A stretch of DNA of 64,000 bases, from contig CAJINV010000004.1 in the NCBI GenBank assembly GCA_905178155.1, positions 6,178,828-6,242,827 of the forward strand, written 5' to 3'. Shown here in pieces: positions 1 to 11,701 of this stretch (positions are counted from its first letter, which is position 1; every line of letters begins with the position of its first letter). This DNA is from Amoebophrya sp. A120 (Eukaryota > Protista > Dinoflagellata). The translations under genes were made by a program, and so were the position numbers. The notes below the pieces were generated by a model that saw only the letters and a list, made by a program, of their open reading frames with translations, did no database searches and had not been told where the DNA came from.

Positions 1-4
1 TCTT

Positions 5-2192
5 TTACATCAACTCCGTGTTGTTGCAAATGACCCAATCCCCGTCGATGAGTTCCACTTCCTCGTTGCTCACCGGCATGACGTATGCATTGCAAAAATG
101 TCTGGGTCTGGAAGAATGCGCGATTTGTCATGCAGCTTTTTCATGACCCATGAGGTCTGCAATGCATGCCGTAGCATCACAGATTTTTAGAGGGCTTCCC
201 GATGCGCCTTCCGCATGAGAAATGCCCTCTCCGCGTAGCACAAACTGGAGTCCTCTTGCTGGTCATGCAATACAAATTTTTTCAGAATCCAGGGACAGCA
301 TTACAAGTTGCAGCCTTCCAGACCCAGACATATTTGCAATCCATATGACGTATTCCACCTGGTCCTTCTTTTTCTCCTCCTCGGCCTTGGTCAATTATCC
401 AGTGCAAAAGTATCGTACTCGTACAAATGCAAGTCTTGCATTACAAACCTTGTTCCCAAGGCAAATCTGCATTACAAATTTTATTTCTCATGCTGAGGGA
501 GTTTGTAATGCATTTATACGAGTACGATACTTTTGCAATTCATATCAATGCTTGGGTCTTGATGTTCTGCCGCTGTTGCATCTGCCAAAGCCGCTGCTCG
601 TTCTCGCTCGTGCTTTCCGACTCAAAATCTGACTCGTATATCTGCTCCTCTGTACTCTGCCCGCTACCACTGGTGTGACCTGGATAATGGGAAGAAGATT
701 GAGTTTTATTTTTTGCCGTAATTCTTTTTTGAGAAGGTGGACGTGACGAGAAGGTCTTGAAGAAAAGATTAATGAATTCTCTTGCGTTACAGGTGCTATT
801 GTAAAGAACTACCAGTAAAAATAAGCAAAGATTGTACTGCTATCAGACAGCCGGCCAGCGCATTTTTTCGAAGACAGGGCCATGTCCAGAATGAAGGGTG
901 AGCATTTCTTCTGCTCCAGCGTTGCTGTGCTGTTCTGCAGCAACAAACTCGTGGGAATGTTGGAAAATTTCGTGGCGGCACGTGGTGTCGAGGCATTCAC
1001 TGCTGCAGCTGTGAAGAGCGGCGCAGCGGCCCTTCTCACTTGCGAGATCGTCTTGTTGTTGCCTGCTCCATTTACATTTTGTTGTTGTTCTACACCTTTG
1101 TTTGGCGTCTTTATGTTGCTCGAGCTCGTGTTATTTGATGCTGCGTTCATTTTCATGTCGTCTACCCCACCAAGTCTCTGTTGCATCAAGGTATTGTTCC
1201 TTTGCTGATTCAGTTGTCTCACCGCGCAGCATCTGTCGCCAGCATCGCAAGTTGTGGATGTCGTTGTACAGGTGGTAGCTGTTAGTGCACTCGTCTCACC
1301 ACGACGAGAAGCACTACACGGCTGCTCGTCAATCATCTTCCCACCCGCGCCAGCTCTTGCAGTGTGCAGCTGAATGTTTGCTGGCGAGGCATGAAAGGGT
1401 AAAACCGGGCTGGTCGAGCTGATATTCTGCTGGTTGTGCGCCATCTCACGCATGACATGCTGCAAGGGTGCGGCGTGGTTCGACGAGGCTTGGGTGAGGA
1501 GAAAGGACGACGCAGCCGCGGCATTTGGTGAGGAACCTGTCGTCGCACAGGAACTAAGACCGTGCTCCACAACAACCGGCCCGCTGGTCCACGCGTGATG
1601 TTGCGCGTTTACGGAGTTCAGAACTCGGTGGTCCGACAACTTCAAAATGGTATCCTGTGATAGTGATTTAGTGATAAGTATCAGCATTCCATCGTGTAGT
1701 AGTTTCAATTTCAAAATCGAAATCATCCTACCGCATCAGTTTCTCGTCGAGCAGTGCCATCTTTCATCATTTCAACTGAGAATAGGAAATACAAAAGGCC
1801 AAGCACCGCGACACCGAAGAGGGCATGAAGACCAATCGTCAAGAACAAATCGAAATCAAAAATACCTGCTTGTATAGCCTGTGTGCCGGGGTCGGTGTGG
1901 GTCTGGTCTGCTGGTAGTCTGCGACGACGCTCTTCAAGCAGAAGCTTGGTGACGTGGCGTGCTCCATTTTTTGTTCTCCCAGCCGGTACGCGCTGTACAA
2001 CCGGTTCGCTGCGATGTTGAAAGTGAACTTGTTGTGCGTCCTATCTCTCCTGCAACCAGATCTGGCTTGGGCCAGCGAGGCTACAAGAAAGCAGAGGCAC
2101 GCATGGTCATATGTGGGGGAGATCTGCTCCGGTGGCAAATAGTCGTGCAGCACAGGTGGGATTAGAAAAGGAAAAGGTATGCGAATAAACAA
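5..2192 (-). CDS. Multi-exon hypothetical protein (low-complexity, Q/S/T/N-rich); 5' end uncertain
   Basis: Stop at 5-7. Removing introners 84-345 and 396-544 (+5 nt each) gives ...QNIKTQALTKAEEEKKKDQVEYVMPVSNEEVELIDGDWVICNNTELM*. GT-AG intron 1655-1865 joins ...RLYKQ|DTILKLSD in phase 0. The junction between 680 and ~835 is plausible but not certain. Confidence 0.6.
84..345. mobile_element. Introner family A (262 bp)
   Basis: 31-bp TIR TATGCATTGCAAAAATGTCTGGGTCTGGAAG; TSD TGACG at 79-83 and 346-350. Confidence 0.95.
396..544. mobile_element. Introner family B (149 bp)
   Basis: TIR TAT...TGCAAAAGTATCGTACTCGTA; TSD TCAAT. Confidence 0.95.
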
Positions 2193-2894
2193 GAACGTAA
2201 ATAAGCAGGTACAAAGATACTATTCGAATTCGAATCTAAGGTAGAAAAGATGGATATGGTACAAATGTAGAATGGTGGAGGACCTGGGAGTGGAACGAAT
2301 ACGAAGTGCATGGGCTTGTAACAATACGGAGGATTCTGCGTTGCCGCGCACGAATAGCACATACAACAAGTGCAGACGCACGGAAATGGACGATCCGTGC
2401 TCTTCTGAAAGACACAACAGTACGACACAACCACAAAAAAAACGAAACCGATTGGCACGATGCCGCTGCTCTGAATGTTATTCGTACGATTTTTATAGCT
2501 TTACGTTTAGGAAATCGAAATAGCAACCGAAATGCTGGCCATTGTTCTTGCTATAGCAAAGACGTAGCTCCTTGTTCTGTCTCTTCGAAAAAACGAACCG
2601 AAATGTATCTATTTCGCCTTTGCACGATACCAGCTTTGAACGACAGCTGCACCGAGAGAACCCTAAACGTGATGATTGACAAAAAAGTTCGATACCGAGT
2701 GTGAGTTCAGGAAATTTGAATGTGAAACGAAACCTGATGTCAAAACCGACAGGGTCGTGGAAGAGCCAACTATAGGCAGAACCGACAGTAAGGTGCATTC
2801 GTTGATTCACACTTAATCTGACAAGGAAAAGAACAGATGAATGTGTGAGAAACTATTTCGGTCTAAACACGGCTGCGCAAGCACATGCACAGCG

Positions 2895-2962
2895 CCCATA
2901 TCAAATAAACTTTTAAGCTGCAACATGGAAAGATAATGCTCTCGTCTGTCGTGTTCGCTGCT
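2895..2962. repeat. 68-bp dispersed direct repeat, copy 1 (copy 2 at 5118-5185)
   Basis: 65/68 identical by eye. Confidence 0.85.
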
Positions 2963-3813
2963 CGTTCCCGGCCATAGCATTTTGCTGCAAGGTTCTTGCA
3001 TGGACTGCGCAACAAATTTTAAAACGGGTAGGCGATTCCTCGAGGCGAGGTGTAGATATTTGTCTGGGGTAGAGTTTTTGCGCGTCTCGAAAAGATTGAG
3101 GAGGACCTGCTTCCTGGTTAGCACACGGGGCGCCAGCCAGTAGCCTCGTGCTTGCTCCTTTCGTACTCCTGCTACTTTTCATCAACATAGGCTGTATGTA
3201 AGTTCGATAAATGAAGTTGCATGCAAGACACTACGGGAAGGCGGCTGCTAAAACGTATTGCGGCGAGGCAAATGCATAGACTGAACAAAATCAAAAACAT
3301 GAAAAGGTGTAGATTAAGTAGCTGCTAAACTGGGGTCAAAACTTTTCCGGAAATAATCGTACTTGGCACCTGCATCTTTTATCGGACACGCGGCTGCATT
3401 TCCAACGTAGACGTACATGATTTGGCAGAAAAAAATGGATAAATTAAAATTGTTTTCTTGTGTGACATAAAGAATCCAAACAATCTGATGACGGTAGAAT
3501 CGAGGTGGAGTGTTGCAGTCGTAACTAGAAAATCAAAATGCGCATGCGCCTTCCCTTTGCTGTACACATTTTTTTTTCACGCTGAATAAAGTAAAAATAT
3601 GCTTAGTTTCAATGGGAAAGCGGACGTTGTTCGCTCTCATAGCGTAAGTGAACAGCTGTGGATTTGTTTTTGCTTTCATTATGAGAATACTTGGTTAATG
3701 GAGTGCTCTACTCGCGACTGTGATGTTGATGAACTTTCGAAAAACAAAGGAGATCGAGTCAGAGTATCCGCCCCGCTCCCTGACGTAGACGACAACATTC
3801 CTGCGGACTATTC

Positions 3814-4173
3814 TCACCACCAATCGCAGTAGTCCGCGCAGGCAGTTGTATCCCCCGGACTATTTTTCTTTTGCACCTTGCAGGTGGGCATCGTCTTCAC
3901 GTGCTTCTCACACTCGCCACACTTCTGAAAGTCCCCCGCCGAGCCACTGGTCCTCTTCACCGGGGTACGAGCATCAACATGTGGAATTTCTTCTAAACAG
4001 CCATGATACGGATCGCAGCCCCCACCAAGCTGCAAAAATTTTGCGTTCCAGCAGCAATCATTTGCCTGCGCCGTGCCCTGCTCCGTCACATCGTCACACT
4101 GAAAGAAAGGAGTATTGAGTATAGTTGGTTTCTCGCCAGCGCCGTAGTCGTAAAATAGTACAAAAAATATCAT
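3814..4173 (-). CDS. Possible small Cys-rich protein or exon
   Basis: 119-aa ORF with ~10 Cys on the gene-bearing strand; no recognised family. Confidence 0.3.
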   Translation of the reverse strand: MIFFVLFYDYGAGEKPTILNTPFFQCDDVTEQGTAQANDCCWNAKFLQLGGGCDPYHGCLEEIPHVDARTPVKRTSGSAGDFQKCGECEKHVKTMPTCKVQKKNSPGDTTACADYCDWW

Positions 4174-5117
4174 GGTGCACGATAAAGTGCATATTCCGTC
4201 GTTCTCAAAAAAGCGTCACGCTTTTCCTTTTGGCCATACGTCTATTTAAGTAAATGAAGAAGATACTCGCATCATTCAAATACCGGGTCCTTGGCCTTGT
4301 CCTGCAGCATGGTCGTGGAAGCTTTGCCTTTCGACACAACCGACGCCTTGTTCTGGATGAAGCCACTGGCTGCGTCACCGTCTTCGCGTCCAACCCACCC
4401 GTTCGTAAACCCGGTGGGGGGGGGGGGGGGTGATCGCCGCGGCCTCCGCGACAATCGACACGACAGTCGCTCTCTTCATTCTTGATTACTCGAAGTCGAT
4501 CTATTCTATGGCCTTCACAATCACGTCGAGAAAACGTCAATATAATCTTTCTAGGATCTACTGCGCTTTCTCAGTCTGCGGCGATGTAAAGGCAGTGTGG
4601 TACTTGGATCACGGAGGAGTGAAAAAAAAAAACCTTTTTTCCTGCCAAGTCTGTTGTTTTGTAGAGTGGACTTTTGGGTCTAGGTCGCGACGAATGGAAA
4701 ACTGAACTAGTGCATCCCTGTCAGACGTTGATATCGATATGTTGATATTCATAGAAATTATCCGATCACTGTTTTAGTATTGAGGACGGAGACGATGCGA
4801 ACGAATACGCGAAGGACACGGAATTGAGCGTAAAAACGATACAAGCGGACTGGTACGAAGCAACTCCGCCCTACGAAAATCACAGCAAATTGAACGTATT
4901 TATGGCAGTACGATCTAGACTGATCAATGTGTCATGATCAGAACGTGATGCGGAACGACAGCAGCACTGGGGAATACGACGAGGAGCACCGTCTTTTATT
5001 GCTGCAGGCAATCTAAGGCCCACGAAGATCATGCGAAGAGGTAGAACACGGTCCGTTCAAAGTGCTGCAACGAGTTGCTTGTACGATCACGACGAGGAGG
5101 AGAATCTTTTCCCTTCA

Positions 5118-5185
5118 CCCATATCAAATAAGCTTTCAAGCTGCAACATGGAAAGATAATGCTCTCGTTTGTCGTGTTCGCTGCT
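5118..5185. repeat. 68-bp dispersed direct repeat, copy 2
   Basis: Matches 2895-2962. Confidence 0.85.
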
Positions 5186-5455
5186 TGTGCCCGACATGAA
5201 GCGCTGTTCACCGTATTTGCAGCAAACTGCAAACTACCTTCACGTCGAAATAGACGGTTTAGACCACAAATGATCTTCTCCACAACCGCCGCGGCCAACC
5301 ACCCGCCCGCACGAATCAGCATGTTGATGCAGCCACTCCAGCTTACGCGCTCTCCTTGAGCGCGATCCCCTCGCTCTCGTCCTCGCCGGCTATGGCCTTC
5401 GCAACCTTCTCGGCCTCTTCTTTCTCGGCTGTCGATATCACGGTCGTGAGGGACA

Positions 5456-8400
5456 TTATGCAAAAAGAAAAATGATAGTTTTTTTTATTGATGCTGTTGC
5501 AGAAATGAAAGAAAGTAAATTTAGATGGAGAAAAAAGCTCATGCGCGGTAGGTTAGCATGATGATGTACTACAAGGACAGATGATGATACTACATTTAAA
5601 TTTATACCTTTTTTCAGCACGGCGTTGAAGTCACCGACGTAAAGCAAGCTTGATATGCCGAAGATCAGCACGGAGACTACGAACTCGGGGCATACTTCGG
5701 AGTCGAAGAAGATCCAGCTCATAAATGTCGTTACAAAAATGATGACGACCCCGCCAATGCACTTTACGACGTTGTCAAAATACCTGAAAGAGTAAAATGT
5801 TTGCATCTACTTCGTAGAGAATATAGATGCCGAGGAAATTATGTTCAGTTCTGGTGACCATCCTCGACAGATGAATTTTCTTCAAATTTATTCATGTTGT
5901 GGTCGCATTCTTGCTTTCCAAACCAAACGACCTGCTCTACTCAGAGGACTATCGTGCGATGAGAAAGCAAAGTAGAGATTCTTGAAGTCAAAACAGACAT
6001 CAAACCTCAGTATGAGGCTGACAGACAGTCCATAGGAGCATTCGCACACGACAAGGAGCCCCACTGCCCAGGTAAAGCCGTGAAATATGCTGCCGCTGTC
6101 TTCTCTCGTCGATGTTGAAGACGAGGATGCGCTTTGTTCTCTTGACCTGTCTGCCGAGCTGAACGCGACGGCGCCGTGCCTCAACAGACTTCTTGCGTGC
6201 ATCACGCCATACGTGGCGGCTGCACCTTGAAATGAAATTGTTGATGCGCGAGGTTGATTTCGATGCTACACGACCATTGAGATTATGTGCTAGTTTTTTT
6301 TCCTGCCTGGTAATCTGAGTTCGAATCGCTATCAGTCCTACTGCGAGGGCTCACGCGCCCTCCATCACAAGGTGGCCCCCGACCGCTACCGTCTCGCTTT
6401 CTTGCCCCCAATAGTACTTCGTCCTGAGTACATAGCAGGCTTGGTGGAAGCTTTCGTTTCCTACTGCTAGCTATTAATATTCTCTGCGACTTGTGCATGT
6501 TGCTGCTGATCGTGTACGACCAGAGCTATTTTCCAAAAGCCGACCTTACTCAGATTACCAGGAACGAAATCGAAATCAACCAAAACATTCGCGCTTTATT
6601 TTAAAAATCCCCTTTGGAAGTGAGTGCCCTCCACCACCTATGTGGATAGTTCCACGCTCTATCATGGTGCAGCAGCGGTGCTGGCAAATCTCTCCTGCGG
6701 GTTGTCTCATTCCCCATCGGCAAGAGCACGACACATCCCTTCCTCCACGCCAGCAAGTAGAACCAACCTCCGCTGCGGCAGTCGGAAAGGACAGTGAGCT
6801 CGTTAGGTGTAAAAACTAACATAGGCGAGGTTGGTTTCTTATCTTTCTCATCCCGCCGATAGTCTGAGTAAGGCGACCTACTAGCGCTAAGAAAATATGT
6901 AAATCATTCAGAGTTGAGTACTCCTACCAAATCTAAGTGACAAGTGGAAATACAAACATACTACACTAACCGTTACGGTAGGTCAACGACATATCGTTGC
7001 AAATAACTACCCAGCACCTGAGGACAAGCGAGACGGAGAGGCCCAGGAGCACGTTGCAGCAAATAATCGTGTACACGCCGGCATTGAAGCCGCTCAGGGG
7101 GTCCAGCAGCGTCGATGAAGTATTCGAGGAAGTGGCATTCACGAACAACATCGCTGTTTGGTGGAAGAACGGGAGGGTACTTCTACTAGATCTTCTTCTA
7201 TGCTACGCAATCTACAAACAGATTAACTCACGTCCTCGACGTCCCACTAGTGCGGCCCGGCGCACAGGCGCTTGCGATTCGAATTCACATTACCAGAAGC
7301 AGAATTTCTGTGCGATAAAAACTTCTGTGGAAACATCAGCGTTGGTTCACTTCTGCGGCCATGAAATTATTTCAATCACCAACAAAAAAGTTTGATTCCC
7401 ACGTAAACAACTCGGCACTATTTCTACGAAGAACTTTACTGTTTATACATAGTAAGAAAACCAGCTTACCGCCCAGGTTGAATATGCAGCCCCACTGGTA
7501 GGTCCAGGCGTTTTTCCGCATTAGAGGCACATCGCTGTCGATCGACTTGAGCAGCCACTCGTTCACGGCCCCGGAGAGCCCGCTGGTGACGGACATGATT
7601 GTCACACAAATCATACCCAGCACGAAGGAGCCGAATCCTGCAGACGGCGGCTCGATCCCAGCCGGACTCGTACCTGCTTGGAGCAATCTGACAGCACTCG
7701 CGTCCGCGACGGTGTAGTATTGCTCAGAAGTTGCGCCAGCTCCTGCATTTGATGCGCCTGCAACTACGGTTCCTGCAGCTGCTATTGGGCTCGACCACAC
7801 GGAGGAGCTCGCTGTTGATTCGCCAAACAAATTGTAGTCGGGAAACAGCATTTGGGCTGCAGCTGAGGTCGTTGACGACGCAGATGAAAGGACTCGTCCA
7901 GCACCTGTTGATCCGCCTTGCTGTAAGAGACTGGTCGCACTACCTGCTTCACTGGCAGCTACATATGAGACTGCACAACTCCCCCTCCCCTCATTTGTCA
8001 TGCAAAACCCCAAATCCAAGTGCTTCCCTGTGGCACTGTTTGCGTCACAGATTCCGGAAGCCCAAACAGTAACTACACTAGGCGCATGAATTTGTCATGC
8101 ACAGGCTCCAGGTGTGGAGGTGTTTGTATTGCTGTTCATGCAATACAAATGAGGGGGAGGGGGGAGTTGTGCACTCTCGTACTACAGAAGTGCTGTCTAG
8201 TAGACCGCTGGTCGGCGGCAAATCTAAAAGCACGGAGGCCTCGTGAAGGTGGCGGTCCCAAAAATAACTGGGTATCAAATGCAAATGTGTCTGGGTCGTC
8301 TGGAAACTTGTGATGCAAGCAAGGGAATATTGAGCACACTGTAATGCGCTCCCCAGCATGACAAGTTTTTCCGTGGTTCAGAGTTGCGCACGTCGCATGA

Positions 8401-10555
8401 GAAACTGCTTTTTGCATGACAGACAAGGGGATCTCTTCGCGGGCACGCAATACAGAGTTTAGAATCATGCCAGACTAGCATGACAAATCTCGCAATCTCC
8501 CAGACCCAGACACATTTGCAATGCATACTGGGGTTCATACTCGCATTTGACATTGCGATCGCCGCATCCTCGTCCCACATATCCTGTGCAAAAGTATCGC
8601 ACTCGTACGAATTGCAGTTATGCATGACAAATTTCCTTTCCAAGGTAAAACAGCATGACAAATTCAATTTTTAATGCTGAGAAAATTTGTAATGCAATTC
8701 ATACTAGTACGATGGTTTTGCAATTCATACCACATCAACTGCCGCAACTTCAGCCCGCATTCCCCGATGGTACGCACTTTGGAGACGACGAGGGCGAGTA
8801 CCAGGTTGACCAAACCCAGTATCAAGAAGAAAAATCTCCCTTCCCCATATCAAAGCGGAAGTCTGTGATGCAGATTTGTGGCCACAAATCAGCTTTGTCA
8901 TGCTAAAAGGGAAAAGATGAGGACTGTAGTGCTGGGTGGCGTAGGAAAGCCTGGCATCTTCAGCATGACAGGAGGCAACTGGAAGTGGGAAACAGCACCA
9001 TGACAAATTCGCTGCAATTCGGCCACAACGGCGGCTCTTGGCGTTCTAGCAATACAAGTCGATTTGTGTACTCAAATACAGCATCACAAATTTCGTTTTC
9101 GATATGGGGAGGGGGGATTTTTCCTTTTGACACCCAGCCACTGCACCTTGGTGAAGTGCTGCTCGAGGAGAAACCAGCCCGACACCGCGGCGAACAGGAT
9201 CTTGGAATTGACAAAAAGGCTGAACAGCGGGGGGCCGAGCAGGGAAATCGCGTAAAAACCCAGGTTGTTCTGGATCGCGTACATGAAAGCCGGGCCAGCG
9301 TACCTTAGATAGTAGTTGATACTGAAAACTAAAATCCCAAAGGGAAGTTTGAAAATAGCACAGTAGCATAGCGAACTGAGAATATTTGTGCAAGCACATC
9401 CTGTGGAAGGTTTTTTGGAAGATGAAGAAGGAGGCGACTACGTGAGTCCCTAGCTAGAAATGGGCGCGGCGCGTGTGTGGATACTTCTGCCCACGCGGTC
9501 CCACATGGCGTAAGCCGGAGCACCGCGACCAAGCAGTGCTACACCCAGCCTACCACGTGGGTGCTCCCCTAGTTAGCATTTGGTCGATCGTTTTGCGCCC
9601 GTGGGTACCGGTTCACCGGAGATAGTAGTTGATACTGATCGTGGAGATGGGGCGGAGGGTGATTCTACTTCTCGTGTATCAAGCGGTTGGTGTAGCGGCT
9701 TTCGCTTGGTTCTTTCATCTTGTTACGTATAATTTTTCTAAGTGTACAAGGCGACAAACATAAATACCGAACCCAACCAGCCATCGTAGTGGACCGCCGG
9801 CTTTCCTTGGTGGAGTATCAAATGCAAAAATGTCTGGGTCTGGAAGAGTGCTAGGTTTGTCATGCAGGTTATCCATGACCTATGCGGTCTGGCATGCACG
9901 GCCTAGCATGACAGATTCTGTGAGATCTCTATCATGCCTTTCCTGCATGAGAAACTGCCTCTAAACTTGTTCAAAAGTGGACCTCTTTTGGTAATCATGC
10001 AACACAAATTTTTCGACGATTCAGATGTAGCATGACAAGTTGCATTCTTCCAGACCCAGACATTTTTGCAATGCATATGGAGCCGCACAGCCCCATGTTG
10101 TCGAAGACCAGCGCCGCACAGAGCTTGAGGAGCTCGATGAAAAAGACCGCGACGGTATCCTGAGTAAAAACGCTCCCACCCAATACGTCAAGATGGGGAT
10201 CTCGCAACACAAATCGAGAAGTTTTGGGAGCCAAGCATGACAAGTTCCCTGCTGTAGTGTAGTGCAGTTTAGCAAGTACAGCCGCAACACAAATCCATCT
10301 AGTGATCCTGTTTGAAGCATTACAAAGTCCAAAATACGTTTGGAAATGCCTCTCATGGGGATGCGCATTACAAATCTTCCTGTAACTGCAAATCTGCATG
10401 ACAATTAATATGGGGTGGGGACGTTTTTACTCAGCATAGACGGCCACATTGTACACGAGCTTTCCACCGCTGGCCTCGGAAAATTTTACCACCAAGATGG
10501 ACGCCGAGCCCATGCAAATGTAGTACGCAAAAAGACCAACGAGAAACGGCGACAT
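5456..10555 (-). CDS. Nucleotide-sugar transporter, SLC35A (CMP-sialic acid/UDP-galactose transporter) family
   Basis: Exons 10439-10555, 10078-10155, 9768-9815, 9133-9303, 8730-8819, 8528-8579, 8182-8272, 7470-7963, [7018-7153 or 6006-6225], <=5783. Motifs AVFFIELLKL, YAGPAFMYAIQNNL, NSKILFAA, QWLGL, SGLSGAVNEWLLK, GLSVSLxLRYFDNVVK. Exact N- and C-termini uncertain. Confidence 0.88.
6006..6225 (-). CDS. Alternative exon B of the transporter (220 nt)
   Basis: AG acceptor phase 1, GT donor phase 2; ends FHGFTWAVGLLVVCECSYGLSVSLILR. Confidence 0.8.
7018..7153 (-). CDS. Alternative exon A of the transporter (136 nt)
   Basis: AG acceptor phase 1, GT donor phase 2; ends LSGFNAGVYTIICCNVLLGLSVSLVLR. 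Confidence 0.8.
7964..8181. mobile_element. Introner family C (218 bp)
   Basis: TIR TATGA..TGCACAACTCCCCCTCCCC; TSD CTACA. Confidence 0.95.
8273..8527. mobile_element. Introner family A (255 bp)
   Basis: Family A TIR; TSD CTGGG. Confidence 0.95.
8580..8729. mobile_element. Introner family B (150 bp)
   Basis: Family B TIR; TSD CCACA. Confidence 0.95.
8820..9132. mobile_element. Introner family D (313 bp)
   Basis: TIR TATCAAGAAGAAAAATCTCCCTTCCCCATATC; TSD CCCAG; removal joins QWLG|LVNLVLALVV. Confidence 0.92.
9307..9638. repeat. 294-bp segment flanked by a perfect 19-bp direct repeat, inside GT-AG intron 9304-9767
   Basis: AGATAGTAGTTGATACTGA at 9307-9325 and 9620-9638. Confidence 0.8.
9816..10077. 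mobile_element. Introner family A (262 bp)
   Basis: Family A TIR; TSD TGGAG. Confidence 0.95.
10156..10438. mobile_element. Introner family E (283 bp)
   Basis: TIR TATCCTGAGTAAAAACG..CCCAC; TSD GACGG. Confidence 0.95.
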
Positions 10556-11154
10556 CTTGATCTGGTCCTGCGCGTATCTATAGTGTAAGGATAAGGAATA
10601 AAGGGGTTCAATCACAAACTGAAAGTTGCAACTATACTTATCAAGCCCAAAGTGATGAACAAACTTGTTCCGCTACTGTAACTTTCTTCCTCTGTCTCTC
10701 TGCCGTGCCGCGGCTGGTTGTATTTCTCAAGGTACTGAATGGTTTGACGAAAGAACAAGAAGAAGATCAAATAAAACAGACTGGACGAAAGCAAAACGAC
10801 CTTCAACGAACCTCCTGAACCATGTCCAGAGACGACCAGAACAACGTAAACTGCAATCACACTGTGAGACCGCAATCGCTACACTGTTTGCATCTAGTAC
10901 AGCATATCAACTTCTTGGTTATCTTTTTCTTTCTTCCGTCGTGTGTAGCCAGAGCGTTGCCACGACACTTAACATGCGGCTCGTTCCAGTCTACGAATAA
11001 TTTCCAACCGTGTCGGCTTGGAACGAGCAACAGATCAAAATTGCGCATGTAAGTTGGCACATCACTGTCTGCGGCGAGGCTTACTCAATCGTAAAAAACA
11101 TCGCCCAGTTTTGCAAAGAATTTAGTCCACAACACGTTGAAGCCGCTTGAAATC

Positions 11155-11302
11155 TACTGCATATTCATTCTTTTTCTACTTGTCTTTTGGTGAAGCAAGT
11201 TTAGCTTTAGTTTGTTGCCTATATAATCGGGCAATTTACTGTATATTCATTCCTTTTCTACTTGTCTTTCGGTGAAGCAAGTTTAGCTTTAGTTTGTTGC
11301 CT
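11155..11302. repeat. Near-tandem 66-bp duplication
   Basis: 11155-11220 vs 11237-11302, about 3 mismatches. Confidence 0.9.
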
Positions 11303-11556
11303 TCATCATTTCTAATTCGATCGGGGAGATGAAATGAAATTATACTTATACGCACTTCGCCGAGGAAGCCTTTGTCTTGTTTGTTTGTTATCATTGGATT
11401 CGTGGCATCCGGTTGAAGGGCTCACCTTCCTGTTTGTTTGTGTTCATGCGTCAAGGTGGGAACGCGTTTACATACTCTTACTCACCTTTTTCCCTAAAAA
11501 TCCGCTGCTGAGACTTTGCCCCGCTGAAGAACGACTCTACAGCTATTTCAAGAAAA

Positions 11557-11645
11557 ATACTATTTGGCTCAGGCGTCTTTGGCTCAGACCTGAAAATCAA
11601 GCGTCTTTGGCTCAAATACTATTTGGCTCAAGCGTCTTTGGCTTA
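11557..11645 (+). repeat. Array of five TTTGGCTCA(A/G)G-like units resembling dinoflagellate spliced-leader relics
   Basis: Units start at 11563, 11578, 11606, 11622 and 11637; spacing 15, 28, 16, 15. Confidence 0.65.
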
Positions 11646-11701
11646 TGCGCCTCAACATCAGGAAAGCACCTCGGAAAAAAAAATGATGACGGAAAAGGTG
11701 A

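Larger units (their letters stand above)
5938..7296 (-). promoter_or_regulatory. Set of complementary intronic elements (putative RNA structure switch for exons A/B)
   Basis: 7274-7296 pairs with 6307-6329 (21/23); 6843-6870 with 5938-5967 (24 bp); 6548-6562 with 6306-6320 (15/15); 6569-6581 with 6252-6264 (13/13); 6544-6557 with 6860-6873 (13/14). Confidence 0.7.

Noticed and set aside
4416-4430. G15 homopolymer
   Set aside because: Simple repeat with no supporting context
8920-9010. Apparent extra transporter exon
   Set aside because: Lies inside introner 8820-9132, and the frame is complete without it
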